Below, one piece after another: positions 39,890 to 48,910 of a stretch of 64,000 bases of DNA. A program made the translations under genes and the position numbers. Positions within the stretch are counted from its first letter, which is position 1. Each line of letters starts with the position of its first letter. The stretch spans positions 679 to 64,678 of the forward strand of contig CALXTQ010000014.1 of the NCBI GenBank assembly GCA_944391485.1, given 5' to 3'. This DNA is from an uncultured Alphaproteobacteria bacterium. Lineage in GTDB: Bacteria; Pseudomonadota; Alphaproteobacteria; RF32; CAG-239. A model generated the notes under the pieces. It was given only the letters and a program-made list of their open reading frames with translations, did no database searches and had not been told where the DNA came from.

Positions 39890-42133
39890 TTAGGTCATCC
39901 GCGTCAGTTCATCCAGCATCTCGTCGGCCGTGGTGATAATTTTGGTTGCGGCCGAATACGCGCGCTGGGTTACAATCATGTTTGAGAACTCGGTAGCCAG
40001 ATCCACGGTGGATGATTCCAGCGCCTTGGAGGTGATTTCACCGGCGCCGTTGGTTCCGGCCTGTTTCAGCAGAGCCTGACCGGACGCATCTGTTTCTATC
40101 CAGGAGTTGCCCGTCAGAGAATTCATGCCGTTTGGATTGGCAAAAGTCGCCACCGGCAAAATCGCTATCGGGCGGGTTTCGCCGTTATCGAACAACGCTG
40201 TTACAACGCCGCTTTCGCTGATGCTGACACCGGAGTAGCTTCCGAACTTCGCGCCGTCCTGCTTAATGTAGTTGGTTGTGAACGAACCGGAAAGGTTGGT
40301 CAAACCATCATTGGTGCCGATATTACCCATGTCGAGCTTGATTCTGGTTCCCTGGTCGGGATCGCCGTCCATGTTTTCGGCGCCGTTGGCCCATTCAATG
40401 GCCATTTCGTCAACATTGAAGTATTTCGGCGTACCGTCGGAATTGAACCGGACAGCCGGAACAACCGCACCCTGTTCGACTTCCGTTTCGTTGACAATAA
40501 AGGTGCTTTTTAAGGTTGCTTCCTTGTTCTTTATCGACTCCCAGCCGGTTTCGGTGCGGATGGTACCGTCAATTGCCTCGCCCAGCCCCTGAGTATCAAT
40601 CGTGATATCGCCGCCGGTGGCCGTAGGCATAATTTCGAGCGACGAACCGCTGGCGACAAACCGATCCGGTTCGCTGGCGTTCAGTTTCAGGACATTGCCC
40701 AAAATGCTGACCATTTTTGCAACATCCACATTGCCGCCGCTGATGGCGTCATGGATGTCAACGGTGATCTCATCGCCGCCGGCAACGGTACCGTCGGTAA
40801 AGGTATATTTCTTACCATCAATAGTCAGGGTGTGGCCGACATAGGCCGCGGACGTCGTATCCTTGAAGTCAATGCGGGCTGTATTCTTGATGTCGTCATC
40901 AATTGCCTGGATCGTAAAGATACCTGTCGGAATTCCGGTATCCGGGCGCGGATTGGCAGCGCTCTGGACACAGGCAAGGGTCTTGCTGGCGTTAATCGTC
41001 AGTTCGGAACCGGCCACAGACTGCACGATCTGGATGCTGTTTCCATCCGCGCTGAAACGGTTTGCCGAAGGCATGTTGTTTTTCAGAGCCGTTTCAAACG
41101 CTTTGGTAAAGTCGCTGGTCGAAACAATACTGTCGGCAATATTGACGGCAATATTCTTGGTTGTTCCGTCATCAGGCGGAATGGTGGCCGTGCCGTTTGT
41201 GAAAATAAAGTTATAGGTAATGCCGGTACCCGCATCCGTAATCGCAATGCTGGAACCGTTCTGCGGAATGGAGGTAAATTCCAGCTGTCCGGCCGCATAA
41301 TAAACGTCCGACGTGGTATCTCCGGAGTTTTCTGAATTGCCGTACAATGTTACATTGGCCGCGCCGCTCGGAATCGAAGTGGACATAGCCCAGCCGTTGG
41401 AACTGGTTTTGGTATATTCCAGGCTCATGTTGCTGGCATTGCCGAGGCTGTCGTAAATCAGAGCCGATACTTTGCGTTTGCCGCCGGCAGACGCGTTGTT
41501 CGGATCATAAATCGGATCCGATGATGGCAGGTTAGCGCCGAGACTGATCTGCTGCGTCGGAGTAGCCGTACCGCCGATGTTGGACAGGTTTACCGGACGC
41601 AGGTTACGGTTATCGACAATATTGTCGTTGATGTAAATCGTATTGCCGTTTTCATCGTAATAAGCCTTCATATAGTTAATGCCGTTTACATTGACAACCG
41701 TCGCATTCGGATTGCCGTCCCAAGGCAGCAGGGACCAGGCCTGAGCATAAAAACCGCCGGTATTTTTCAGATATCCGTTTTCGTCAACGGTAAAGTTTCC
41801 GGCACGGGTATAGGCCCACAGGTCTCCTTCTCCCGGATTGGCCGCCTGGTTGACCACAAAATATCCGGCGCCGCTGATGGCCACGTCCGTCGACGAAGAG
41901 GTCGAAGACAGCAGGCCCTGAACATCTACGCCCTGTTTGGGAACAGACTGCACGCCGCCCGGGGAATATAAACTTGAATTGGTTTGTTTTGTTACCAGGG
42001 TCTGGAACGCCACATTGGTGTTTTTGTAACCCACGGTATTTACATTCACGATATTGTCAGAAATAGCCCCCATCGCGCTGGATTGGGCAGCAAGACCTGA
42101 AATACCGGATTGCATTGCACCAAAAATACTCAT
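39890..42133 (-). CDS. flgE: Flagellar hook protein FlgE (long, 747 aa)
   Basis: ISDNIVNVNTVGYK, YTRAGNF, LESSTVDLATEFSNMIVTQRAY. Follows flgD. Confidence 0.95.
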   Translation of the reverse strand: MSIFGAMQSGISGLAAQSSAMGAISDNIVNVNTVGYKNTNVAFQTLVTKQTNSSLYSPGGVQSVPKQGVDVQGLLSSTSSSTDVAISGAGYFVVNQAANPGEGDLWAYTRAGNFTVDENGYLKNTGGFYAQAWSLLPWDGNPNATVVNVNGINYMKAYYDENGNTIYINDNIVDNRNLRPVNLSNIGGTATPTQQISLGANLPSSDPIYDPNNASAGGKRKVSALIYDSLGNASNMSLEYTKTSSNGWAMSTSIPSGAANVTLYGNSENSGDTTSDVYYAAGQLEFTSIPQNGSSIAITDAGTGITYNFIFTNGTATIPPDDGTTKNIAVNIADSIVSTSDFTKAFETALKNNMPSANRFSADGNSIQIVQSVAGSELTINASKTLACVQSAANPRPDTGIPTGIFTIQAIDDDIKNTARIDFKDTTSAAYVGHTLTIDGKKYTFTDGTVAGGDEITVDIHDAISGGNVDVAKMVSILGNVLKLNASEPDRFVASGSSLEIMPTATGGDITIDTQGLGEAIDGTIRTETGWESIKNKEATLKSTFIVNETEVEQGAVVPAVRFNSDGTPKYFNVDEMAIEWANGAENMDGDPDQGTRIKLDMGNIGTNDGLTNLSGSFTTNYIKQDGAKFGSYSGVSISESGVVTALFDNGETRPIAILPVATFANPNGMNSLTGNSWIETDASGQALLKQAGTNGAGEITSKALESSTVDLATEFSNMIVTQRAYSAATKIITTADEMLDELTRMT

Positions 42134-42155
42134 TTTTTTATCTCCTAAAATTCCA

Positions 42156-43007
42156 TTATATTAATCCGAAAGCTGCGGCTTTTAATGCTGCTGCGGCCGC
42201 GGTTCCGGCAAAATCGGCAACGGCTTCTGCCACGCCGCCCTCTTCTTCAGGAGGGGTTGTTTCACTGTCATCTCCGCCTTCGCCATCACCGGGAACTTCA
42301 TCGCCGGGTTTGGTATCGTCTTTGTCAAAATAATCGTCGTTTCTGACAGTCAAAATATCGTTCAGGTTGGCGGTTACGGCATCGCCCAAGCCTACGTAAA
42401 CACCGTTTGAGTCGCTAGCGACACCCGTTACGCGGCCGAAGACAGTCGTCATGACGCTGGGGGTTCCGTTGCCGCTCTCGGCTTTGGCAGTTACCTCAAT
42501 CTGATAAGCACCGTCTTCCAGCTGGTTGCCGTCTGAATCCTTGCCGTCCCATGTAAATTCATGTGTTCCGGCCGTAATTTTTCCCTGTTCCGAATATACT
42601 ATCTTGCCGTTCATATCTTTGACGGTAATGACCGCGCTCTTTACATTCTCCTCAAACGTATAGGTAGCTTTGGCTTTTCCGCCCTCAAGCGGCATAACGT
42701 CACCCAAAACTTGCGCAACCTTGCCAATGTAGGATACGGCCTGGGCTCCCAGGTTTGCAATATTCATCGACAACAGGCTGTCCAGCTTGGTATTGGTCTT
42801 AATGGCCTGCTCAACGCTCGAATACTGAACCAGCTGGTTGGTAAATTCGGCGGTATCCATCGGATCAAGAGGATCCTGATATTTGAGCTGGGTCGTCAGC
42901 AAGGTCAGAAATGTATTCATATCTGCGGACAACTGCTGAGAATCGGCAGATGCGGTTGACATTCCTGACTGCGTGTAATAACCGTTAATAGAGTTTACAT
43001 CCGTCAT
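42156..43007 (-). CDS. flgD: Hook capping protein FlgD
   Basis: FLTLLTTQLKYQDPLDP, FTWDG. Confidence 0.96.
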   Translation of the reverse strand: MTDVNSINGYYTQSGMSTASADSQQLSADMNTFLTLLTTQLKYQDPLDPMDTAEFTNQLVQYSSVEQAIKTNTKLDSLLSMNIANLGAQAVSYIGKVAQVLGDVMPLEGGKAKATYTFEENVKSAVITVKDMNGKIVYSEQGKITAGTHEFTWDGKDSDGNQLEDGAYQIEVTAKAESGNGTPSVMTTVFGRVTGVASDSNGVYVGLGDAVTANLNDILTVRNDDYFDKDDTKPGDEVPGDGEGGDDSETTPPEEEGGVAEAVADFAGTAAAAALKAAAFGLI

Positions 43008-43019
43008 CGTTCATCTCCC

Positions 43020-44663
43020 TTAAACTCTGATGTTGAGTCCAGATTTTCCGTCCCAGGTTTGGGGCTGGAACATATCTCCGCTTACGAGATCAATACTTGT
43101 CTCTTTTTCGAAAATGTCTCCGATGAAGTTACGCAGGCCGTTTTCTCTTTCTTGATTTTGGCCGGCCTGATCCCGATAGCTGAAGCTAAAGGACCCCTCA
43201 TCGGTTTGGAAACCGGCATCGTTGAATGCCTTTTCCAAAGACTGCATTTCTTTCTGGAGAGCCTCCATTGTTTCCGGACGGCTGGAGATAATATGCGCCG
43301 ACAACTTTCCGTCTTTGCCGAGTTGCATTTTGATTTCGATATGTCCCAAATCTTCCGGTTTCAGCGAAATGTCGATTTTGTCAACGCCTTTAACGGCCGA
43401 TTTGGTAATATTGACCTTTACCTGTTCCACGACTTCGCGGCTCATGCCTTTGTAAACGTCGCGGAAAGAGGTCTGAGTATTCTGATTGGCCGCCTCGGCC
43501 CTTGCCGCCTGAACAAATTCACTTCCGGCCGCCGCGTGGGGCAATGCCGACAAAGCGCCGTCAACAACAGCGGAAACCTGCGCCTGAGCCGGCGCGGCAT
43601 CTGAACCGGCAGGCTGCTGCAGCGGAACATTTGCTTGAACGGCGGCAGCCTGCGGCTGCATCTGATACTGACTCTTATTTAAATTCGCAGGCGTATTTTC
43701 GGACTGAACAGCCGTCTTGGCAACAGGCGTTCCTTCCGAGACCAATGCGGCCTCTTCCACGGCTTTGACATCAGCCAGCAGATCGCGAGCCGATTTCAGG
43801 GAAACTTCTTCTTCGCGGGTTTCAACCGTAATTTTCATTTTCTGTTCAGCGCCAATAACTTCCGAAAGCTTAGCGGCCTGTTCCGCCGTTTTTGAATCGG
43901 CGGCGGCGCCTAAAATTTCCTTATGCAGAACAGCTTCTTTTACTTCCTTCTGCTGAGCAGCGCCGGCCTTGGCCGCCAGAACAGCGTCAAAGCTATCGTC
44001 TCCTTCTGTCGGAAGCATTCCCGAAATATCAATATTCTTCCGGTTTTCATTCGCGGGAATAATCTGCAGCGGCTGTTCTCCGCCTTCCGGCGACACAATC
44101 ATCAGCCCCGGCTCTTCAGACAACGCGGCGGCCAGTTCGGCGCCGTCAACTGCCTCAATGTTTCCGGTCAGGGGATTCAGAACATTAACAATGCCCATTC
44201 CCGCCAGTTCGGCCAGCGAGATGACTCTCGCCACATTTTCCGCCCGGTCGGTCACATCCTGCCCGGCAGCGTCGACGTCAGCGCTTTCCTTATCATTTTG
44301 CGAAGCATTTTCCTTTACTGGAGCGTTGTCTTTTTCAATACGTCCGTCCGTTTTTTCAGCCGGAGATTTTTCGGCTGCGGCGGCGGAAGCTTCTCCGCGG
44401 CTGTTTGTCTTGTCGTTTTTATCTTCCCGAGATGCTTTGGATTTTTTATCCGCGCCGGTATTTTCACGCACATTTCCGTCATTATTCCGACTGTCCGCCT
44501 TTTCCGCCCGGCGGGAAGAAGATTCCGCCTTCTGTGCAGAAACAGTCTGATCCGGTTCATTGCGAGCCAAAAGCTGGGCAAAACCTTCCCCGATCACATC
44601 GGCGGAATTTATTCTGCCCAACAACTGGTTTACGATACTGCTGTTTATTTCCTTGATTTCCAT
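43020..44663 (-). CDS. fliK: Hook-length control protein FliK
   Basis: Low-complexity N-terminus, LKPEDLGHIEI. fliK-flgD-flgE synteny. Confidence 0.92.
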   Translation of the reverse strand: MEIKEINSSIVNQLLGRINSADVIGEGFAQLLARNEPDQTVSAQKAESSSRRAEKADSRNNDGNVRENTGADKKSKASREDKNDKTNSRGEASAAAAEKSPAEKTDGRIEKDNAPVKENASQNDKESADVDAAGQDVTDRAENVARVISLAELAGMGIVNVLNPLTGNIEAVDGAELAAALSEEPGLMIVSPEGGEQPLQIIPANENRKNIDISGMLPTEGDDSFDAVLAAKAGAAQQKEVKEAVLHKEILGAAADSKTAEQAAKLSEVIGAEQKMKITVETREEEVSLKSARDLLADVKAVEEAALVSEGTPVAKTAVQSENTPANLNKSQYQMQPQAAAVQANVPLQQPAGSDAAPAQAQVSAVVDGALSALPHAAAGSEFVQAARAEAANQNTQTSFRDVYKGMSREVVEQVKVNITKSAVKGVDKIDISLKPEDLGHIEIKMQLGKDGKLSAHIISSRPETMEALQKEMQSLEKAFNDAGFQTDEGSFSFSYRDQAGQNQERENGLRNFIGDIFEKETSIDLVSGDMFQPQTWDGKSGLNIRV

Positions 44664-44705
44664 GGCGAACCATCTCCAAAACAAATTTTCACCTGAAGGA
44701 ATATA

Positions 44706-44721
44706 TGCAAACAGCGTGCCA
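44706..44721 (-). promoter_or_regulatory. Sigma54 (-24/-12) promoter of the hook operon
   Basis: TGGCAC-GCTGT-TTGCA exact consensus. A GCAA-N7-TTGC palindrome at 44788-44802 may be the activator site. Confidence 0.88.
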
Positions 44722-44888
44722 AATTTAAAAAAATGAAAAAAATATCTTTATACCGAAAGAATACGGCCACGGAAACATAAGAACCGCGCAACGGATCTTT
44801 GCATTTCCGCTTTTCTTAGCAGAGGCAAGGCACTCTCTGAACCGGCCTCATCTCCGGAGCATAAACGGCAAGAACTTTTCCGACGCAT

Positions 44889-44910
44889 AAAAAAGCGCCC
44901 TGCCGGGCGC
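44889..44910 (-). terminator. Terminator of flaF
   Basis: GCGCCC/GGGCGC hairpin plus U6 on the minus strand. Confidence 0.75.
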
Positions 44911-44941
44911 CTAAAGCAAAATCTTAAGACGACGGAACGTC

Positions 44942-45331
44942 TCATTCGCCGTTGTCGGCAAGATTATCGGTTTTACCGCCGGTCAAACCTTTAGCAATAT
45001 TCATATTGATATTAATCAGAATATTCAGATTATCGGGATTGGGTTCCGCCAAAACATTCACCGTCCGCTGGAACACGAACAGAGCAAGATTCATAATATT
45101 GGCCCGAACTTCGGCTGGCTGGGGGCAGTCGCTCTCTTTCATGGCGCTGGCAATGATCGTCCACAGGCGGCGGTTTTTCTCCAAAGCTTCCGGAAGTTCG
45201 TGTTTTCTTTCCTCCCAGTGCTCCTTTATCAGGTTGAGAGCGGAGGCCGTTCGTATCAGGGCGCGGCTTTCAAGTTCGTTCTGCCCCAGAGAAAGCACGT
45301 CGTTTGCGGAATATTGCTGCGATACATTCAT
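44942..45331 (-). CDS. flaF: Flagellar biosynthesis regulator FlaF
   Basis: ESRAL, ALEKNRRLWT, RANIMNLALFV, LININMNIAKGL. Confidence 0.93.
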   Translation of the reverse strand: MNVSQQYSANDVLSLGQNELESRALIRTASALNLIKEHWEERKHELPEALEKNRRLWTIIASAMKESDCPQPAEVRANIMNLALFVFQRTVNVLAEPNPDNLNILININMNIAKGLTGGKTDNLADNGE

Positions 45332-45380
45332 AATCTTTACCCAAAAAAACTAAATCTAAAATCTTTTTTAATATAATTTA

Positions 45381-45396
45381 GTTAAATTATGGTTAT
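45381..45396 (-). promoter_or_regulatory. Probable CtrA box upstream of flaF
   Basis: ATAA-CCATAAT-TTAAC on the minus strand, one mismatch to TTAA-N7-TTAAC. Confidence 0.5.
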
Positions 45397-45443
45397 ATTC
45401 TAGAATATATTTTGGCCAATTACAAACTTTTTAAGGTTTCGTC

Positions 45444-46292
45444 ATGACAAAATTTGCAAAATGCACGGTCTTTTTTCTTCTGGCGACGCTGTTTTCTGCC
45501 AGCGCTTTTGCTATGGTTGAAATAAAAAAAGAAAAAAACATAACTAAAGAAGAACTGAGAGTTACGTCTTTTCTCGATTATCCGCCTTTCGGCAACTATG
45601 CCAACCCGCCTTACCGCGAAACGTTTGATTCCGTATTCAGATCTCTTATTGAAGAATATGCTCCCAAACATAATTTTGAACTCGCTTACGTTATCAATAA
45701 AAACTATCCCGTGCTGGTTCGCGATGTCAGACGCGGCGAAATAGACGTCCTGCTGGGCATGTACCACGAAACGAAAATTTATAACGGTCTCGAATATATT
45801 TTTCCCGCCGTTGTCAACAACCCGCTTGTGGTCATTATGCTTCCGGGACGGATACACGAGGTTTCGACCAAAAGCGACCTGAAAAAGCTTAGGGGTGTCA
45901 TGAACGCGCACGAACATATCAGCGATTATGTCGCCGGAGAACTTAAAAGCTACAATATAAAGAAATTTGACAAGTCCGTCGACGTTTACGAACAGCTTTT
46001 TACCGGAAAAGCCGATTATGTTCTCGGCAGTCTTTATTTTAATATGATCGAGACTTCAAAACTCGGCCTGCGCAGTAAAGTAAGCTTTTCCAAACAAGCT
46101 TTATGGAATATGCCAATGTTCATCGGGGTTTCCAAACTTTCCCGCAATAAGAAAATGCTGATAAAAACTTTGGAAGCCCTTATGGAAAAACCGGAAACGC
46201 GCACCAATATCAATAACAGACTGCGCGATATGGTCATGCAGGCCGAAAAAGACTATATCGGCGTCGTTCCTCCCGCCTATACGAAAAAATAA
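45444..46292 (+). CDS. Orphan family-3 solute-binding protein
   Basis: Signal peptide, DYPPF, GEIDVLLG, GKADYVL. Confidence 0.8.
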   Translation: MTKFAKCTVFFLLATLFSASAFAMVEIKKEKNITKEELRVTSFLDYPPFGNYANPPYRETFDSVFRSLIEEYAPKHNFELAYVINKNYPVLVRDVRRGEIDVLLGMYHETKIYNGLEYIFPAVVNNPLVVIMLPGRIHEVSTKSDLKKLRGVMNAHEHISDYVAGELKSYNIKKFDKSVDVYEQLFTGKADYVLGSLYFNMIETSKLGLRSKVSFSKQALWNMPMFIGVSKLSRNKKMLIKTLEALMEKPETRTNINNRLRDMVMQAEKDYIGVVPPAYTKK

Positions 46293-46368
46293 AAGGCGAT
46301 CCTATTGACCTTTAAAATGTAATTGTTAAAATCGGAGACAAAACAACCGTAAAAACAAGGGGCATAAT

Positions 46369-47034
46369 ATGGTACTTCTGATACATCATCCGGTCTCTCC
46401 GGCGTCGCGAAAAGCGCGGATTCTAATGGCCGAGAAAAGGATGCTCTTTGTTCTGAAAGAAGAAGAGCCGTGGAATCCCTCCCCCGACATGTATAAGCTG
46501 ACACCGTCGGGCGAAGTGCCCGTGTTTATTTCCGACGGCAACGTAATCGCCGGAAATTATGCCATTACCGAATATTTGGAGGAAGTGAGCCGCGACGTGC
46601 GCCTTCTGCCGGCAGACGCCAGACAGCGGGCCGAAACACGCCGCCTGATGGAATGGTTTGACGAAAAATTTTACAAAGAAGTTTACAGAAATATTGTTCT
46701 GGAAAAAGTACATAAACGTTTTGGTTCGGGAAACCCGCCGGATTCCAGAGTTTTGAAAGTCGGTATCAATAACCTGAACTTTCATCTGGAATATGTTGAC
46801 TGGCTTGCCGAGCGCCAGAATTATCTTGCGGGGGAAGATTTTTCGCTTGCGGACATAACGGCGGCAGCGCATTTGTCGGTTATTGACTATCTGGGAGACA
46901 TCCCCTGGGACAGCTATAAAAACGCCAAACTGTGGTACTCCAAAATCAAGTCCCGTCCCAGCTTTAAAGATATCCTCAGAGATAACATCAAAGGCATACT
47001 TCCCGCAAAACACTATGCAAACCTGGATTTTTAA
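46369..47034 (+). CDS. fzlA: GST-family FtsZ-binding protein FzlA
   Basis: PASRKAR, EEPW, SLADITAAAHLSVIDYLG, KSRPSF, C-terminal HYANLDF. Confidence 0.88.
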   Translation: MVLLIHHPVSPASRKARILMAEKRMLFVLKEEEPWNPSPDMYKLTPSGEVPVFISDGNVIAGNYAITEYLEEVSRDVRLLPADARQRAETRRLMEWFDEKFYKEVYRNIVLEKVHKRFGSGNPPDSRVLKVGINNLNFHLEYVDWLAERQNYLAGEDFSLADITAAAHLSVIDYLGDIPWDSYKNAKLWYSKIKSRPSFKDILRDNIKGILPAKHYANLDF

Positions 47035-47496
47035 ATGAAAAAGACTTGTGTTATTTTTAGTTTTCTCGCTCTTTGCGCCTGCACTTCCTTTCAGGAGGGA
47101 AAAGGACAGGTCATTTATCACTGGGAAAGAGAAAATACCGGCGTCGAAAAATTTGCCCGCGACCATTCGGAATGCATGCGGCAGGCGGAAGACTTCAAAC
47201 TGCTGCCGGACGTGCGCACCTGGTTCTTTTCCGAAGAGGTCAAGATGAACATCCGCGCGGACTGGCACTCCGAAAAGGGTATCTGGGCCAGTTATGTTCC
47301 CTATCCGGGCGCCATGCCGGTTATGGTGAATAGCCTGCGCAACGATTATGATTCCAGCCCGAAAAAATACCGCCTCTGCATGGAAGATCGCGGTTACTGG
47401 CACAGAACATACAACCTGCCCAGCATTACAAACATCTTTATTTACCGTCCGCAGAGCGTTCTGCAGAATGATCCGATAAACGGCGGCGCATACTAA
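47035..47496 (+). CDS. Hypothetical lipoprotein
   Basis: Lipobox LCAC, D..EC...CMEDRGY pattern. Abuts the fzlA stop. Confidence 0.8.
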   Translation: MKKTCVIFSFLALCACTSFQEGKGQVIYHWERENTGVEKFARDHSECMRQAEDFKLLPDVRTWFFSEEVKMNIRADWHSEKGIWASYVPYPGAMPVMVNSLRNDYDSSPKKYRLCMEDRGYWHRTYNLPSITNIFIYRPQSVLQNDPINGGAY

Positions 47497-48910
47497 ATTC
47501 ATAAAATTCCGACTGATAACCGCCGCCGACAGCTTTATAATAGGCAATGATGCTCTGGTAGATGGCTCCGTTGCCGGCCGCCAGTTCCGTCTGGGCTTTC
47601 AGGAGATCCTGTTCGGCCGTCAGCATATCGCTGAATTCGATCAGTCCCTGGCGGTATTTCTGTAGCGTATACCGCATCACTTTTTTCATATTCTCCACGG
47701 ACTGATAATCGGATTTGTTTTTCTGGTATGCCTTGTCAACCGACACCATGGCATCTTTTATTTCGCCCACCGCATTCAGCAGCGTATTTTTGTAAAGCTC
47801 GACATATTCCTGCGCCGTTTCCTTTTGGAGCTGCACATTGTTAACCAGCTGCCCCCAGTGGAAAACCGGCAGAGAAATCGCCGGCGTATAGCTGAAGGCT
47901 TCGCTCGCGGGCGTAAACAGAGAAGTGCCGCGGATTGACTGATAACCGAACAGAGCGCTGATGCTGACATTGGGATACAGCTCGGCCACCGCCTGACCGA
48001 TCGCCGCGTTTTGGGCAACAAGATTCTGCTCGGCCGCCCTGACGTCTGGCCGCAGCCGGACGATCTCTGCCGGAATTTCAAACAGCGTGTCTATCTCAAA
48101 ATCGAAACGGCCGCTGACCAGATTGTGGCGGATCGGATCCAACTGGACTTCCAGCCGTCCCGGCAAAACGCCGGTAAGCACAGCCAGAGCGTTTTTGTCG
48201 GCCTCAATCTGGTATTCCAGCTGAGGAATGAGGCTTTTGGTCGTTTCTACGGCATATTGGGCCTGATTATAAGCTATGTCGTCCGTCAGACCAAAACTGC
48301 GTTTTTCTGCGACAATGCCGAAAATATCCTCCTGAAGCCGGAGATTTTGCTCCGCAATGCGCAGCTGTTCCTGAGCTATGCGCAGTTTGACATAAGTTCC
48401 CGCCACTTCGGAAACCAGCGTAACCCTGACATTGTCCAGATTGGCCGCCGCCGCCTCAAACAGCGCGCGGTTTTGTTCCGTCAGTCTACGGCCGGCACCC
48501 CAGATGTCCAATTCCCAGCTGGCGTCCAGCCCGGTTTGATAATAATTTGTTTTGATGGCCATTCCGATGTTTTTGCTCGGTTTGGCATAATCGTATTTTG
48601 TTCCGACATCAAGAACCGGCAGGTACTGCCCCGCATCAATGTTCAGAACCGTTCGCGCTTCGCGGAGTTTCTGCACCGCCACGCGTACATTCGGACTGCC
48701 GGCAATTGCGCAGTCTATCAGATAATTCAGCGTCTCGTCGTTAAATTGTTTATACCAGTCCTGCGGAATAACCCTTTTGGTTCCGTCTTTCAGCTCCAGA
48801 GATTCGCCGATCTGCTGCTCCGTCAGAAACCCCGGCCGCCGGTAATCGGGGCCGACCGTGCAGGAAGCCAGCAAAAAAGCGGGAATCATCAGCAAATATT
48901 TATTTTTCAT
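47438..48910 (-). CDS. RND efflux outer membrane lipoprotein (NodT/OprM family)
   Basis: [33 protein letters not shown]. Confidence 0.95.
   Translation of the reverse strand: MKNKYLLMIPAFLLASCTVGPDYRRPGFLTEQQIGESLELKDGTKRVIPQDWYKQFNDETLNYLIDCAIAGSPNVRVAVQKLREARTVLNIDAGQYLPVLDVGTKYDYAKPSKNIGMAIKTNYYQTGLDASWELDIWGAGRRLTEQNRALFEAAAANLDNVRVTLVSEVAGTYVKLRIAQEQLRIAEQNLRLQEDIFGIVAEKRSFGLTDDIAYNQAQYAVETTKSLIPQLEYQIEADKNALAVLTGVLPGRLEVQLDPIRHNLVSGRFDFEIDTLFEIPAEIVRLRPDVRAAEQNLVAQNAAIGQAVAELYPNVSISALFGYQSIRGTSLFTPASEAFSYTPAISLPVFHWGQLVNNVQLQKETAQEYVELYKNTLLNAVGEIKDAMVSVDKAYQKNKSDYQSVENMKKVMRYTLQKYRQGLIEFSDMLTAEQDLLKAQTELAAGNGAIYQSIIAYYKAVGGGYQSEFYEFSMRRRLSDHSAERSADGK

Noticed and set aside
44865-44882. 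FlbD ftr enhancer CGGCAAGAACTTTTCCG
   Set aside because: Spacing and right half-site do not fit the Caulobacter ftr consensus.
46423-47547. 374-aa minus-strand ORF
   Set aside because: Antisense shadow of fzlA and the lipoprotein gene.
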